Below are positions 39,093-50,751 of a stretch of DNA of 64,000 bases, piece after piece (within the stretch, counting starts at the first letter, position 1; each line of letters begins with the position of its first letter). Source of the stretch: Callorhinchus milii. Lineage: Eukaryota. The stretch covers positions 72,108,001 to 72,172,000 of the forward strand of contig NW_024704742.1 of NCBI RefSeq assembly GCF_018977255.1, given 5' to 3'. The translations under genes and the position numbers were made by a program. The notes beneath the pieces are model-generated. The model was not told the origin of the DNA. It did not search any database and worked only from the letters and a program-made list of their open reading frames with translations.

Positions 39093-40770
39093 ACAATTTA
39101 AGATGGTAAACAAGCAAATGGGGAGATGAGGAAAAATGTTTTCTGTGGAGTCAGGTGAGGATGGGGGTGATGGGGTGTGGGAGGCTGGGGAGGATGGGAG
39201 TGATGGGGTGTGGGAGGCTGGTGAGGCTGGGGGTGATGCGGTGTGGACGATGGCGAGGATGGGGGCGATGGTGTGTGGAGGCTGTTGAGGATAGGGTGTC
39301 GGTGGAGATGGTGGGCGCTGCAGAAAGCTCTCTCGCCTCTATCTCCTCACACTCACTCACTCACTCTCACTCTCTCCCTGCTGTGAATGCTGTGGCCTTT
39401 TCCTGCACTGCCCCGGGTGTTGGCCACGGACCAGCTCGCTGCTGGAGGGGGAAGGCAGCGGAGAGGCTGAGCCTGTACCCAGCGCTGTCGTTGGCTGGAG
39501 CCCAGGGAACACCAACACTCCCTCTGGAAGAATCTGGCTGTAAAACTTGAGGCTGGCAAGTGAGAGTGTGAGAGCAGCCACGTGCACCCAACATCACTGG
39601 TCTGAGCCAGCGCAGAGCGAGAGATAGAGAGCCAGCACACAGGACAGCAAGAGGGTGAGTAACAAATTATCTGCATCATAACTGGACAGGAAAAATATTA
39701 TCAGCCCTTTTGTCTGTCTGTCTATCTGTCTGTCGCTTCACATTATACCACTTTTATTGTTTTGTGTATCTGTATGCAAAAGACAAAAAGAATAGAAAGA
39801 GAAGAGGGAAAGAATGAGAGAAGGCAAGAGCGAGAGAGTGGGGGGGGGGTGAACAGGAGAAACAGAGAGACACATGCAGAAAGTGACAAAAAGGAAAAAG
39901 ACAGAAATAAAGAGAAGCCAAAAAGGGAGCGCGACAGACAGAGAGAGAATGAGAGAGAGAACGCTGGAGGGAGGAAGAGGGAATGAGAGGTAGAAAGAGA
40001 GAAACAGTCTGTGAATTCAGGTTCCCTTGTGAAGGCTTGTTTATTGGAGTGGAGTTTAAGGTGGATTCGCAGCCTTGAGGAAGCCTAACCTGCTCCATCC
40101 CACACTACAACCAGTGTTAAGGTTGTCCACAGTTTGGGACATCCAGCCCTTCAGCCCAGCCATCCACATCGCCCTCACCCAGAGAGAGAGAGAGAGAGAC
40201 GGAAAGAGAGAAAGAATGAGAGGAAGGGAAGGAGGGATGGAGACAGAGTGAGAGGAGAGACAGGGAGGGTAGGAGATCAACAGCACGGGTTTAGAGACAG
40301 AGTAAAGCTCTCTTCACTGTCTGTCCATACTCCGTTGCCAGTTATCAATCTCTCTGTGATATCGTTGATGCGTGACAGGTTTCTCTGTTGATTCCACAGT
40401 TTCCCTCTTCTCAACTTTGGTTGCATCTGCAAATTGTAATCATCTTACATTGGGTCCGCAAATCCAGGTCATTAGTATATATGAGGAACAGGAGGCTCCC
40501 AGTACAGACCCGTTTAATTTCTGTCCCACTGTAACCTCGTTCACGTCTTGTTTTTCCTTTCTGTCCAGTTTATATTCCGGCCCATGGACACCTTCTCCTC
40601 ACATCCCCAAGCCTAGGCTCTCCCCAACCTGTGCCTAATACTCTCTGGAATTAGATAAAGGGGTGCGTCCCTCCAGGGAGAGAGAGCACATTCCATTCCA
40701 GACACAGGGAAATTCCCATGTGTGGGTGGCAAACATATGAAACTCAGTGTGGTTCGTTGACTCTGAAGCG

Positions 40771-41166
40771 CAGTGACGGGTTTCCATGTGTGTCAGACAC
40801 CGGCTGATCACGGTGATGGGTTTCCATGTGTGTCAGATACCAGCTGCTCATTGTGGCAGATTTCCATGTGTGTCAGACACTGGCTGATCATGGTGATGAG
40901 TTTCCATGTGTATTAGATACCGGCTGATCATGGCAATGGGTTTCCATGTGTGTCAGATACCGGCTGATCACGGTAATGGGTTTCTATGTGTGTCAGACAC
41001 TGGCTGATCATGGTGATGAGTTTCCATGTGTATTAGATACCGGCTGATCATGGCAATGGGTTTCCATGTGTGTCAGATACCGGCTGATCACGGCAATGGG
41101 TTTCTATGTGTGTCAGACACTGGCTAATCAAGGTGATGAGTTTCTATGTGTGTCAGACACCGGCTG
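40771..41166. repeat. 40-bp minisatellite, about 10 copies, with a 120-bp higher-order unit
   Basis: tggtgatgggtttccatgtgtgtcagacaccggctgatca; 40861-40980 is nearly identical to 40981-41100. Confidence 0.95.
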
Positions 41167-41478
41167 GAAATGCAGACCCTGCAAGCCAAAGCATGTTCTG
41201 AAATACTCCTCTGTAAAAGAGTGAGGGAAGGAGTGAGTATGAGTGAGGGAGGGAACAAGGAAGGGATGGAGGCCTGTTCACTGCAGGGGGAAGGGAAGAG
41301 TGATGGGGAAGGGTTGTCAAACATGGTGAAGTGTTGGCTGAGAGAGCTGGAGGAGCTAGCGGTGGATTTACACGGTTCACCCATCAATCACGTCTGATCT
41401 TTCTCCCCCATGTGTCGCAGGCAGAAACTCTCTGAGATCAGACAAGGAGGCCTCACCCTCTCCTGGAGCTATTTATTG

Positions 41479-41694
41479 ATGAGGAGCAGAGGGGGGCGGG
41501 GCAGCTCCCCGCGAGGGGCAGTGACTGACAGTCGGTGGCCAGCGAGGGCAGTGATAGGCTGTTCTCTGTGTATTTACCTGACGTTGCTCGCTCCCAGTGG
41601 GAGTGAGAAAGTCTATCACAGCCGTGACCACTCCGACATCAGGGAGAGGATTTGGATGCGAGCCAGGCCAGTTCTGACCTCCGAGTCAGCCCAG
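41479..41694 (+). CDS. MMP21-like coding exon 1 (signal-peptide-like segment and start of the prodomain)
   Basis: Hydrophobic VIGCSLCIYLTLLAP, then EKVYHSRDHSD...AQ/gtaagg, resembling the MMP21 FHSRDRSD...AQ segment; the start codon choice is uncertain. Confidence 0.8.
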
Positions 41695-43047
41695 GTAAGG
41701 CATTGCCAAGCACGGGCACCACCACCAACACCCAGCTCTTGAAAACGGAAACCAACACCCAGCCCCTGAAAGCGCGCACCACACACCAAAACCCAGTCCC
41801 TGACAGCAGGTACCACACACCAATACTCAGGCCCTGTCAGCAGGCATCACACACCAACACTCAGCTCCAGTCACTGACCATAGGTACTGCCCACCAACAG
41901 ATACTGCCAGCCAATGAGCACTACTAATGGGCACCATATGCCAATGTCAACCACCCGCTCATAGGCACTGCCCAACCCTAGTATCATACAGGTCTGGTGC
42001 CCAAGCCTGCAATGCCCAATACTCAATTAAGGTAATAATCCCTTCAAAACAAAAACTTTTTGGTCACTCAATCAACAACTGTTTGTGGGACACTGCCACG
42101 TTTCACCCACAAAATATACAGTCAATTTTCTTTACAGTATATTCTGTGAAGCACTTTGAGACATCTCGAAAATATGATAAGGTGCTATGTCAAATACAAG
42201 GATTAGCATTATTATTAATGTCAATCATTCAATGCCCAACAAACAGTGTCCAACACAACCCTGAGTGGAGCGATGGTTGGGAGTGAAAGAATTCTTGAAC
42301 AATGAGATGAAACGGCTGAAGGGTTGACACCTGGGGTTAGGGTTAGGGTTAGGGTGCCTAACCCTAGATGGTCGGAGCCCAAAGAGCCTGTGCTTGTGTA
42401 ACCATTCCAAGATTTTGCAGAACTGTGGAAATTCCGTCTTAACCTGGAAACTGGTTTCTTTTTAGGAACTGCAGAAAATCAGGGTCCACATGAAGAAGGG
42501 ATGAGAATTCCCCCGGTTCTGTGTAATTTCAGTGTCTAACAGACAGAGAACACGAGGAACTTCCACTCCTTGTTCGTACACAACTATTCATATCCCTCCT
42601 TGTCAAGAATTTATCAAATTCCTTTCTCACTGTTCCAATAGCCGTTAAAGTCACTAGGGGCGGGGAATCCTTCCACTCAGCTCCCCATGGTAGTGTGGTC
42701 CTAGCTGGACAAGCAGTGGGAAAGCTTACCAGACAGTGATCTCAGTGGCAAGCAATGTGGTTTTAGCTGATTAGAATCCAGCAGTTGCCCCCAACGCACA
42801 TTCTGGGATTCCCCAAGCCTTGGCTCTTGCCAACCTGCGCCTAATACTCTCCGGAATTAGGTAAACAGGATGCTTCTCTCCAATGTATCTCTGGGATTTC
42901 CATGTGTCGGTGGGGTACGTGGAATTCTCAGCTTGGTTTACAGACTCTAAAGCATGGTGATGGGTTTCCGCCTGTGTCCCCGTCTGATCAAAAAAAATCA
43001 ATGGGAATCACACCGCAGTAAGTCTCCCCCTCTCTCTGTCTGTCCAG

Positions 43048-43879
43048 GAATATCTAGTGAAATATGGTTGGACGAAGCCGGTGAGATGGGAGCTTCTGGC
43101 ATTCCGGGGCGTGACGGTTCCGCTGAACGATGACCCTCCGCCCCCAGATATCTCCGAGCTGCTCTCGGAGGGCCGCTACGCTCGCCGACACATCCAGGAA
43201 GAGGTGCGGCCACAGGAGATGAAGCCGCAGTACGTCAATGCCCTCAGAAGCTTCCAGAAAGCCAATGGGCTGCCTGTCACCGGAATCCTGGACATGGCCA
43301 CCACCGACGCCATGAACAAGCCTCGGTGCGGTGTTCCTGACCACAAGACCCCAGACAATGAGCCAGAACCAGACGGGGGGGAGGGTCGTGCCCCGCCCTC
43401 TAGAACCACACCTGCTCCTGGCACTGTCTCTAAGGCTGGCCCCACCCATGGCCCTACCACAGGCCCCACCCCTGCTCCAGGCCCCATCCCTAGTGCCTAC
43501 TTCACCCCTGCTGCCGCCCCTGTCCCCATCCCCGGCCCAGATCTCGTCCTTGGCCCCACCCCTGATGTCATCACCCCGGGCTCTGCCCCCGGCCCCGCTC
43601 GGGCAAGGCGGTTCCTACAGCTTGTGTTGGATGCCGGCAGGTGGCCGCGAGGCTCGGCAGATTTCCTGGACGCGGCGACTCTGCAGCTGGGCTTCACCAA
43701 GACACGGCTGAAATGGCGGATCCTGGCCGAGGGCTACAGCTCACAACTGAGTGTGGAGGACCAGCGTCTGATCCTCAGGCTCGCCTTCCGCATGTGGAGC
43801 GAGGTCACCCCACTCACCTTCCAGGAGGACCTGCTGGCCAGCGGCTCCCACATCGACATCAAGCTGGGCTTCGGGACCA
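43048..43879 (+). CDS. MMP21-like exon 2 (prodomain, cysteine switch, furin site, start of the catalytic domain)
   Basis: EYLVKYGW...PRCGVPD...RARR...LAFRMWSEVTPLTFQED...DIKLGFGT. Confidence 0.93.
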
Positions 43880-44194
43880 GTGAGTCACTGCCACACAGGC
43901 ACAGGAAGAGGGACAGGCACAGTGCTAGGCACCAGCACAGGAATAGGCACCAGCACAGGAATAGGCACAGGGCTAGGCACCAGCATAGGGTCAGGCACCA
44001 GCACAGGGACAGGCACCAGCACAGGTACTAGGACAGGGACAGGCACCGGGACTGTCTCCCTCACCATCCTGGTTAGAGGGGGAGGCGTGAGTGTGCCAGT
44101 GAGTGTGCCAGTGTGTGCCAGTGTGTGCCTGTGATTGTGCCTGTGAGTGTGACAGGCACTGACTGGTGCCTTGTGCCTGTGCTGTTGCCCACAG

Positions 44195-44334
44195 AGAGAC
44201 ACCTAGGCTGTTCTCAGGTCTTTGACGGGACGGGCCGTGAGTATGCCCACGCCTGGCGCTTGGGGAACATTCACTTTGATGACGACGAGCACTTTGTGGC
44301 CCCGACCAGCACGGAAGGCATCAGCTTACTGAAG
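44195..44334 (+). CDS. MMP21-like exon 3
   Basis: [33 protein letters not shown]...GISLLK; 140 bp. Confidence 0.95.
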
Positions 44335-45149
44335 GTCTGGCTCTGTTTATCATTTACAGCACAGGCCAATAGGGCAGCTCCAGCACACAGCGTGCAGGCA
44401 AGCCGGGCCAGCAAGAGCCCGCAAGCCAGCCAGCGGCACATTACACACACCAACATCCTCCGGGGGAGGGGGTAAGAGGGGTCTCACCACAGCTGAAATA
44501 AACTGCCTCCGAGGTGAGGTTCCTGGCAATGGAATATCAGAATCAAGAGGATTGGGGGAGGGGGTTGTTGGGGTTGCGGGTGGGGGTGAGGTAAGTGGAG
44601 GAGGGGGTAACAGTGCTCGAAAGGACATTCAAAAAGAAAGATTTTTAGGTGAGTTTTGGAGGTAAGGGAGGGGGGAGGTGGAGTAACTCCAGGAGGGAGG
44701 TGGTGAGGCGGAGTGACTCCTCCAGCTTGTGAAAAGAGTAGCTGTGAAGTCCGGCATTGGAACAATTGAGTCTGCAACAAGGGGCCTAACCTCAAGACGG
44801 TGACTGGAAGAGTTAATTGGGAGGTTAGAAGAAAGTTATTCATACACAGAGTGTTATTAGAGCATGGAATGGTTTAGCTGGCGAAAGTGAGACCAGAATA
44901 ACACTTAAAAGGAAATGGGATTAGAGTAGAGAGCTCCAGTGGGGGAGCGAGCACCAGCAACAACAACTTGCATTTAAGACAATGTCTGAAGCCTAAAACC
45001 CAAAGAAATTTGGGAGCCAGGACTTTTGTGCAAATTGTTGATGTCTACATGAGGTTATTTTCTGTTTTTGGTATCTTTATGAGGCCACTTCCTGCAGTTG
45101 ATGACTTGATGACATTCCTCACTGTTGTTGGCATTTCCTCTCCTCTCAC

Positions 45150-45905
45150 AACTTCTTCCTCCACATCCACTCTGCCACCCACATCCACTGCCACCCACTT
45201 GATCTGGTGATAACCTGGGGCCTCAGCATTTGGGACATTACCATCACCGATAAAGCCATCTTGGACTATTACTTCACCTCCCTTAACTCCTCAATCCCTC
45301 TCCCCGCTGGCTCCCAATCCACCTCCATCTCATACCACCCTGGAAAAAAATCATCCCCTCCCTCTCTGCTCCCTTGGAGTTATCTGAACTCCTCCCACTC
45401 TGGACTTCTTCCTGCAATGACCTACCTCCTCGGTCATTCTCCTCCACAACTCCCACTTGCCACTCTCGATGCCCTTGCCCCCATTACCTACCGAACTGGT
45501 TCCTACTCACTCAAGTCACCCTGGTACACCAGCAACCTCCGGTCCCTCAAGGCACAAGTGCGTGCCACCGAATGCACCTGGCTCAAATCTAATTTAATGG
45601 TCCATCTGCAGATCTGTTTGGACCACATTAAAACGTATCCCTCCACCCTTGCCTCCACTAAATCATTCTTCTATTCCAGGATAGTCTTGGAGGCCAAGGA
45701 CAACCCCAGGCTCCTCTTTTCCACCACCAACCAGCTCTCCTTACCTCCCAGCTCCACCTCCTTGTTCCTCTACTCACAGACTTCATCAACCTCTCCTTGT
45801 CCACTGACACCTTTCCTACCCCTTAAAAACAGCTGTCATCACCACTATCCTCAAAAGACCTTCCCTGGACCCATCCCTGTTCTCAAATTACTACCCCATC
45901 TCTGT
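45150..45905 (+). mobile_element. L2 ORF2 internal fragment
   Basis: TLDALAP...SPWYTSNLRSLK...KDNPRLLFSTTN. Confidence 0.8.
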
Positions 45906-46173
45906 CACATTCACTGGCACACTCACTGGCACAGCTTATGTCCCCGGCGTAGGGCTTGAACCCACAATATGGTTGCCAACTGCCCAGTTTGGGACCAGAA
46001 ATTCCAGATTTAAAGGCATCTGTACAGTCTGGTTAGAAGCATTGACCAGACACCAAAAGACCAGTTATTGCCTATGGTCTGCAGATAGAGGAGAAGAAAC
46101 CAAGCAGGGTAACTACAACTCCCACGTTCCCGCGCCCCCGGCATACACAGAGCTCAGAACATGCGCATAAAAT

Positions 46174-46548
46174 GGAGTCCTATAGCTTAGTGGTTAGGGC
46201 ACTCACCTCGCAAGTAAGAGGTCCTGGGTTCAATATCCCAGCAGGGCAAAACGTTGGGCAAGTTTCCTTACTCCACATGGCTGTTTACCTAGCAGTAAGT
46301 AGGAACCCAGTTTTTATTCGGTTGGAGGATCGCTTTTCTGGGGATAATAATCCCTTCAAAAATAATAATAATAATTTGATCACTCAATCCACAACTGTTT
46401 GTGGGACACTGCTGTGCTCAATTGGCTACAGTGTTTTGCCCACAAATATACTGTCAATTCACTTTACAGTATATTCTGTGAAGCTCTTTGAGACGTCGCA
46501 AAGATATGATAAGGCTCAATATCAAATGCAAGGATTATTATTATATTA
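46174..46548 (+). mobile_element. Full-length tRNA-SINE
   Basis: Head, body and (ATT)n tail are all present. Confidence 0.9.
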
Positions 46549-46825
46549 CCTCCCTCCCAGGAAGATAGGCACATGTCAGTGCCTATTTAATTGCTGAGAA
46601 CGGTTTCATTCCAGCGAGAGGAGTGAGCAGCTGGAGCAGGAATCAGGAGGGACTGAGGCCAGGACATTGGAATCAATTGAGATAGGAAAACTCTCAGGTG
46701 GAGATTCTGAGATCAAACAGGCAAAACACTTTCCTCATCCAACCTGCCCTGATTGTGAGGGTCTGTGACAGCAGAGATCGACTTGACCTGGGGTAGGGGT
46801 GGGGCTGAGCCCATCAGAGGTGCTA

Positions 46826-47292
46826 GAGTCCTGTAGTGTTGTGGTTAGAGCACTCGCCTCGCAAACGAGAGGACCGGGTTCGATTCCTGGGTGGGGCAAA
46901 ACCTGAGACAAGTTTCCTTACTCCACACACCTCTATTTACCTAGCAGTAAGGAGGAACTTGGTTGTTAGTCGGTTGGCAGATCGTTTTCTGGGGGTCCCT
47001 AAAAAATAAAAATAAAACATTTAAAAAAATTGATAGTCATGACTATTTGTGGGACGTTGCCGTGGTTCAATTGGCTGCTGTCTTTCGCTCACAAAATCTA
47101 AACAACGTGATAGAGTGCTATAGTATTAGTAATAATCCTTGAATTTGATATAGCATCTTATAACATTGTGAAGAGCTTTGAGACATCTCAAAGCGCTTCA
47201 CAGGATATACTGTAAAGTGGAATGACTATATATTGTGGCAGCCAATTGCTCACAATTGCTATATCAAATGCAGAGATTATGATATTATTATA
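46826..47292. mobile_element. Cluster of tRNA-SINE pieces in both orientations
   Basis: A + strand copy from 46826 and a - strand tail at about 47125-47250. Confidence 0.75.
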
Positions 47293-47366
47293 TTGTGTTG
47301 TGGTGGGACGGCTGTGCTGGGGGCGGATGGACTGAATTCTGCCTGTTGTATTGCGATTCCCCACAG

Positions 47367-47508
47367 GTGGCGGTGCACGAGATCGGCCATGTGCTGGGTT
47401 TGCCTCACATGCAGCGCGCAGGCTCCATCATGCAGCCTAACTACATCCCCCACGCTTCCACCCTGGAGCTGGACTGGGAGGACAGGAAGGCCATCCAGAA
47501 GATCTACG
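47367..47508 (+). CDS. MMP21-like exon 4 (zinc-binding motif)
   Basis: [14 protein letters not shown] (HExxHxxGxxH) and Met-turn SIMQP; 142 bp. Confidence 0.96.
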
Positions 47509-47589
47509 GTGCGTCCACTCACCACGGGCTGGAGGGGGCTCGTGTGGAGCACAAACAGTGCAGACTGGCTGGGCCAAATGACCTGTTTG

Positions 47590-48055
47590 TGTGCTGTGCT
47601 AGGCTGTGCTCAGTGCTAGGCTGTGCTCTGGGCTGGGTTCTGGGCTATGCTGTTCTATGAGCTGTGCTCTGGGCTGTGCTGTGCTTTGGGTTGTGCTCTG
47701 TGCTGGGCTGTGCTCTGGGCTGGGCTATGCTCTGGCCTGTGCTCTGGGTTGGGTTGTGCTCTGTGCTGTGCTCTGGGCTATGCTGTGCTCTGGGCTATGC
47801 TGTGCTCTGGGCAGGGCTGTTCTGTGGGCTATGTTGTGTTCTGGCCTGTGCTATGCTCTGGGCCGGGCTGTGTTCTGCGTGGCTCATTTTGTGAACTTTG
47901 TTGTTGTAACTGAGGTTAAACCCACTCTGTCTCTCTGTGTGTCTGTGTGTATGTCTGGCTGTGTGTGTGTATCTATGTGTGTGTGTGTGTCTGTCTGTAT
48001 GTGTGTATATCTATGTGTGTTTGTCTATCTGTGTGTGTATCTGTGTGTTGTGTCT
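47590..48055. repeat. (GCTGT/GGGCT) and (GT)n simple repeats in MMP21-like intron 4
   Basis: Direct observation. Confidence 0.9.
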
Positions 48056-48065
48056 GCGTATACAG

Positions 48066-48323
48066 GCGTGTGTAAGGGGAACTTTAATACCGTCTTTGAC
48101 TGGGTTCGCAGAGAGTATAACCAGTTGGGGGAGGTCACGTACCGCTATAACACTTATTTCTTCCGTAAGAGCTGGTACTGGATGTACGAGAACCGTAAGA
48201 ACCGCACGCGGTATGGGGACCCTATCCCCCTGTCAGTGGGCTGGCGGGGAATCCCTCCGTCCAACCTGGATGCCTTTGTCCATATATGGACGTGGAATAA
48301 AGACACCACCCTCTTCTTTAAAG
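48066..48323 (+). CDS. MMP21-like exon 5 (hemopexin domain)
   Basis: [16 protein letters not shown]...[17 protein letters not shown]...DAFVHIWTW; 258 bp. Confidence 0.95.
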
Positions 48324-48630
48324 GTAGATGTTGCTCTGGAATGTAGTGCAAACTCACAAATATACCAACCTCCTTTTCACTCACTTCCACTGTACACACT
48401 CCTAATGGCCCAAACCCCTTCCCAGTGTAGAGGAGTGTCAAAGCTGATCTCCAATGTTAGAGACAGAAGAAAATGTCAAAGCTGATCCCCAGTGTTAGAG
48501 ACAGAGAAGGGCAGCGAGGCTGATCCCAATATTGGAGACAGAGCAGCAAGGCTGATCCCAGTGTCAGAGAAGAAGACAGCAGTGAGGCTGATCCTACAGT
48601 GTTGGAGACAGAGGAGAGCAGCGAGGCTGA

Positions 48631-49226
48631 TCATAGAATTATACAGCACAGAAGGAGGCCATTCGGCTGAGGCTTAACCAGTGTTTTATAAATGTTCATC
48701 ATAACTTCCTGACTTTTGTATTCTTTGCCCCTATTTATAAAGCCTAGTATCCCGTACGCTTTTTTAACAGCTTTATCTACCTGTCCTGCCACCTTCAAAG
48801 ATTTACTGATCTCTCTGTTCCTTCACCCCCTTTAAGATTGTACCATCAGCTTATATTGCCTCTCCTCATTCTTCCTCCGAAAATGCATCACTTCGCATTT
48901 CTTCACATTAAACTTCATCTGCCACGTGTCTGCCCATTGTCCCCTTGCAGTCTGCTACTATCCTCCTCACTGTTTGCTACTTCTCCTAGCTTAATATCAT
49001 CCTCAGTCTTGGAAATTGTACTCCCTATAGCCAAGTCATTTATATAGATCAAAAACAGCAGAGGTCCCAATACTGACCCCTGGAGGTCACCACTGCACAC
49101 TTCCCTCCAGTGAAAAACAGCCAGTCACCACCACTCTCTGCTTTCTGTCTTCCAGCCAGTTCTGTATCCATGCTCCACTGTCCCTTTAATACCGTGGGCT
49201 TCTAAGTTGCTTACAAGTCTCTTATA
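48631..49226 (-). mobile_element. CR1 fragment inserted into a CR1-derived tandem array
   Basis: GSVLGPLLFLIYINDL on the minus strand; CR1 3' tail at 48631. Confidence 0.85.
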
Positions 49227-49924
49227 TGATCCTAGTGTTAGAGACAGAGGAGAGCAGTGAGGCTGATCCCAGTGTTGGATACAGAGGAGAGCAGTGATGC
49301 TGTACCCAGTGGTTGAGAGATGAGCTGTGAGAATTGGACAAGCTCCGACTGTTCAGACTGGAGCGATGTCTCAGAGGAGACCTTAGAGGTTTCTATAAGA
49401 TTGAGAGAAGAAACCCAGAACAATGCTCTCAGATACACCAGGACAAGACGTCATGGGGTCAGGAGTGTGAGCAGCAATTCCAGGACAAAGATCTGGAATG
49501 TATTGACGGGGGAAATTGACAGCTCGGAACAGGGTCACCAGGAAGGTCGCTTAATAAACATTGATGGGAGGACAGTTGTGAGAGGATGAAGGGTCTTCTC
49601 CCACCCAAACCTCTTGTGTGAATCACATGTGACTTGTTTACAGATCCTTTAGTGTGGCAATCACTGAATGTAGGCGGAGATTACAACAACAAAATTACAT
49701 TTGTTTAGTGCCTTTCACGTTGAGAGGAGGTCCTAAGGGGCTGGCCCAAGATTATTAATGAATGTGTGTGTGAGTCTCACTGTGTGTGTGCGTCACTGTG
49801 TGTGTGTGTGTGTGTGTGTGTGCGTCACTGTGTATGTCAGTCTCACTGTGTGTCCTTCTCAATGTGTGTGTCAGTCTGACTGTGTGTGTGTGTGTATGTC
49901 AGTCTGACTGTGTGTGTATGTCAG

Positions 49925-50097
49925 GCACACAGTACTGGCGCTATGACAATGACAATGACCGGGTGTACACGGAGGACTGGAAGGGGAACCGATACCCCAA
50001 GCTGATCACCCAGGGCTTCCCTGGCATTGAGGGCCCCATCGACACAGTCTTCTTCAACAAGAGAGATCACATCATCTACTTCTTCAAGGGATATAAC
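49925..50097 (+). CDS. MMP21-like exon 6 (hemopexin domain)
   Basis: [17 protein letters not shown]...[12 protein letters not shown]...IYFFKGYN; 173 bp. Confidence 0.95.
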
Positions 50098-50751
50098 GTG
50101 AGTGTGAGTGCCACCTGTCACGTATCTGCCTCCCCGCGCACCACACCATCCATCTCCCCCCATACTGTTCATCTTACTCCCCCACACTGTTTGTCTCCCA
50201 CACACTTCTGTAAACACCCCCAGGTCAGTAACAGCATGGATTAGAGAAAGAATAAGACTCCCTTTAGATTGATGTGTTGAGGACAGGAGCGGGGTGAGGT
50301 CAGGAAAGATGAATTGGTGCAGTGCGGTGTTGAGAGGAAACAGTGGATACAGGACACTGGAGATAAGGAGGTCTGAGAGATTGTGGTGCTGGAGATAGGG
50401 AGCCGGGTGAGGAGGGGGTCAGAGCTGTGTCAAGGAGCAGACCCCACCCACCCCACCTCAGCCCTGTGACTCTGTTTGTCGCTGGTGGAGGTGTAGCTGA
50501 GATTTTCCCACGCGTATGCCAACTCCCAGCTCGATGAACTTCCCAACTATTCCCTCCACAAGCTGTAGACTATCCAGAACTCTGCAGCGGCTGGCTCCAC
50601 TAGCTCTGCTCACACTCCTGACCCCATGACGTCTTGTCCTGGTGTATCTGAGAGCATTGTTCTGGGTTTCTTCTTCCCATCTTATATAAACCTCTGAGGC
50701 CTCCTCTGAGACATCGCTCCAGTCTGAACAGTCGGAGCTTGTCCAATTCTC

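Noticed and set aside
40771..41166. CRISPR-like regularly spaced repeats
   Set aside because: Head-to-tail units without unique spacers, no cas genes, and a eukaryotic context
41410..41478. Upstream in-frame ATG for the MMP21-like gene
   Set aside because: It lies within an acceptor-like tract and would push the hydrophobic segment far from the N-terminus; not excluded
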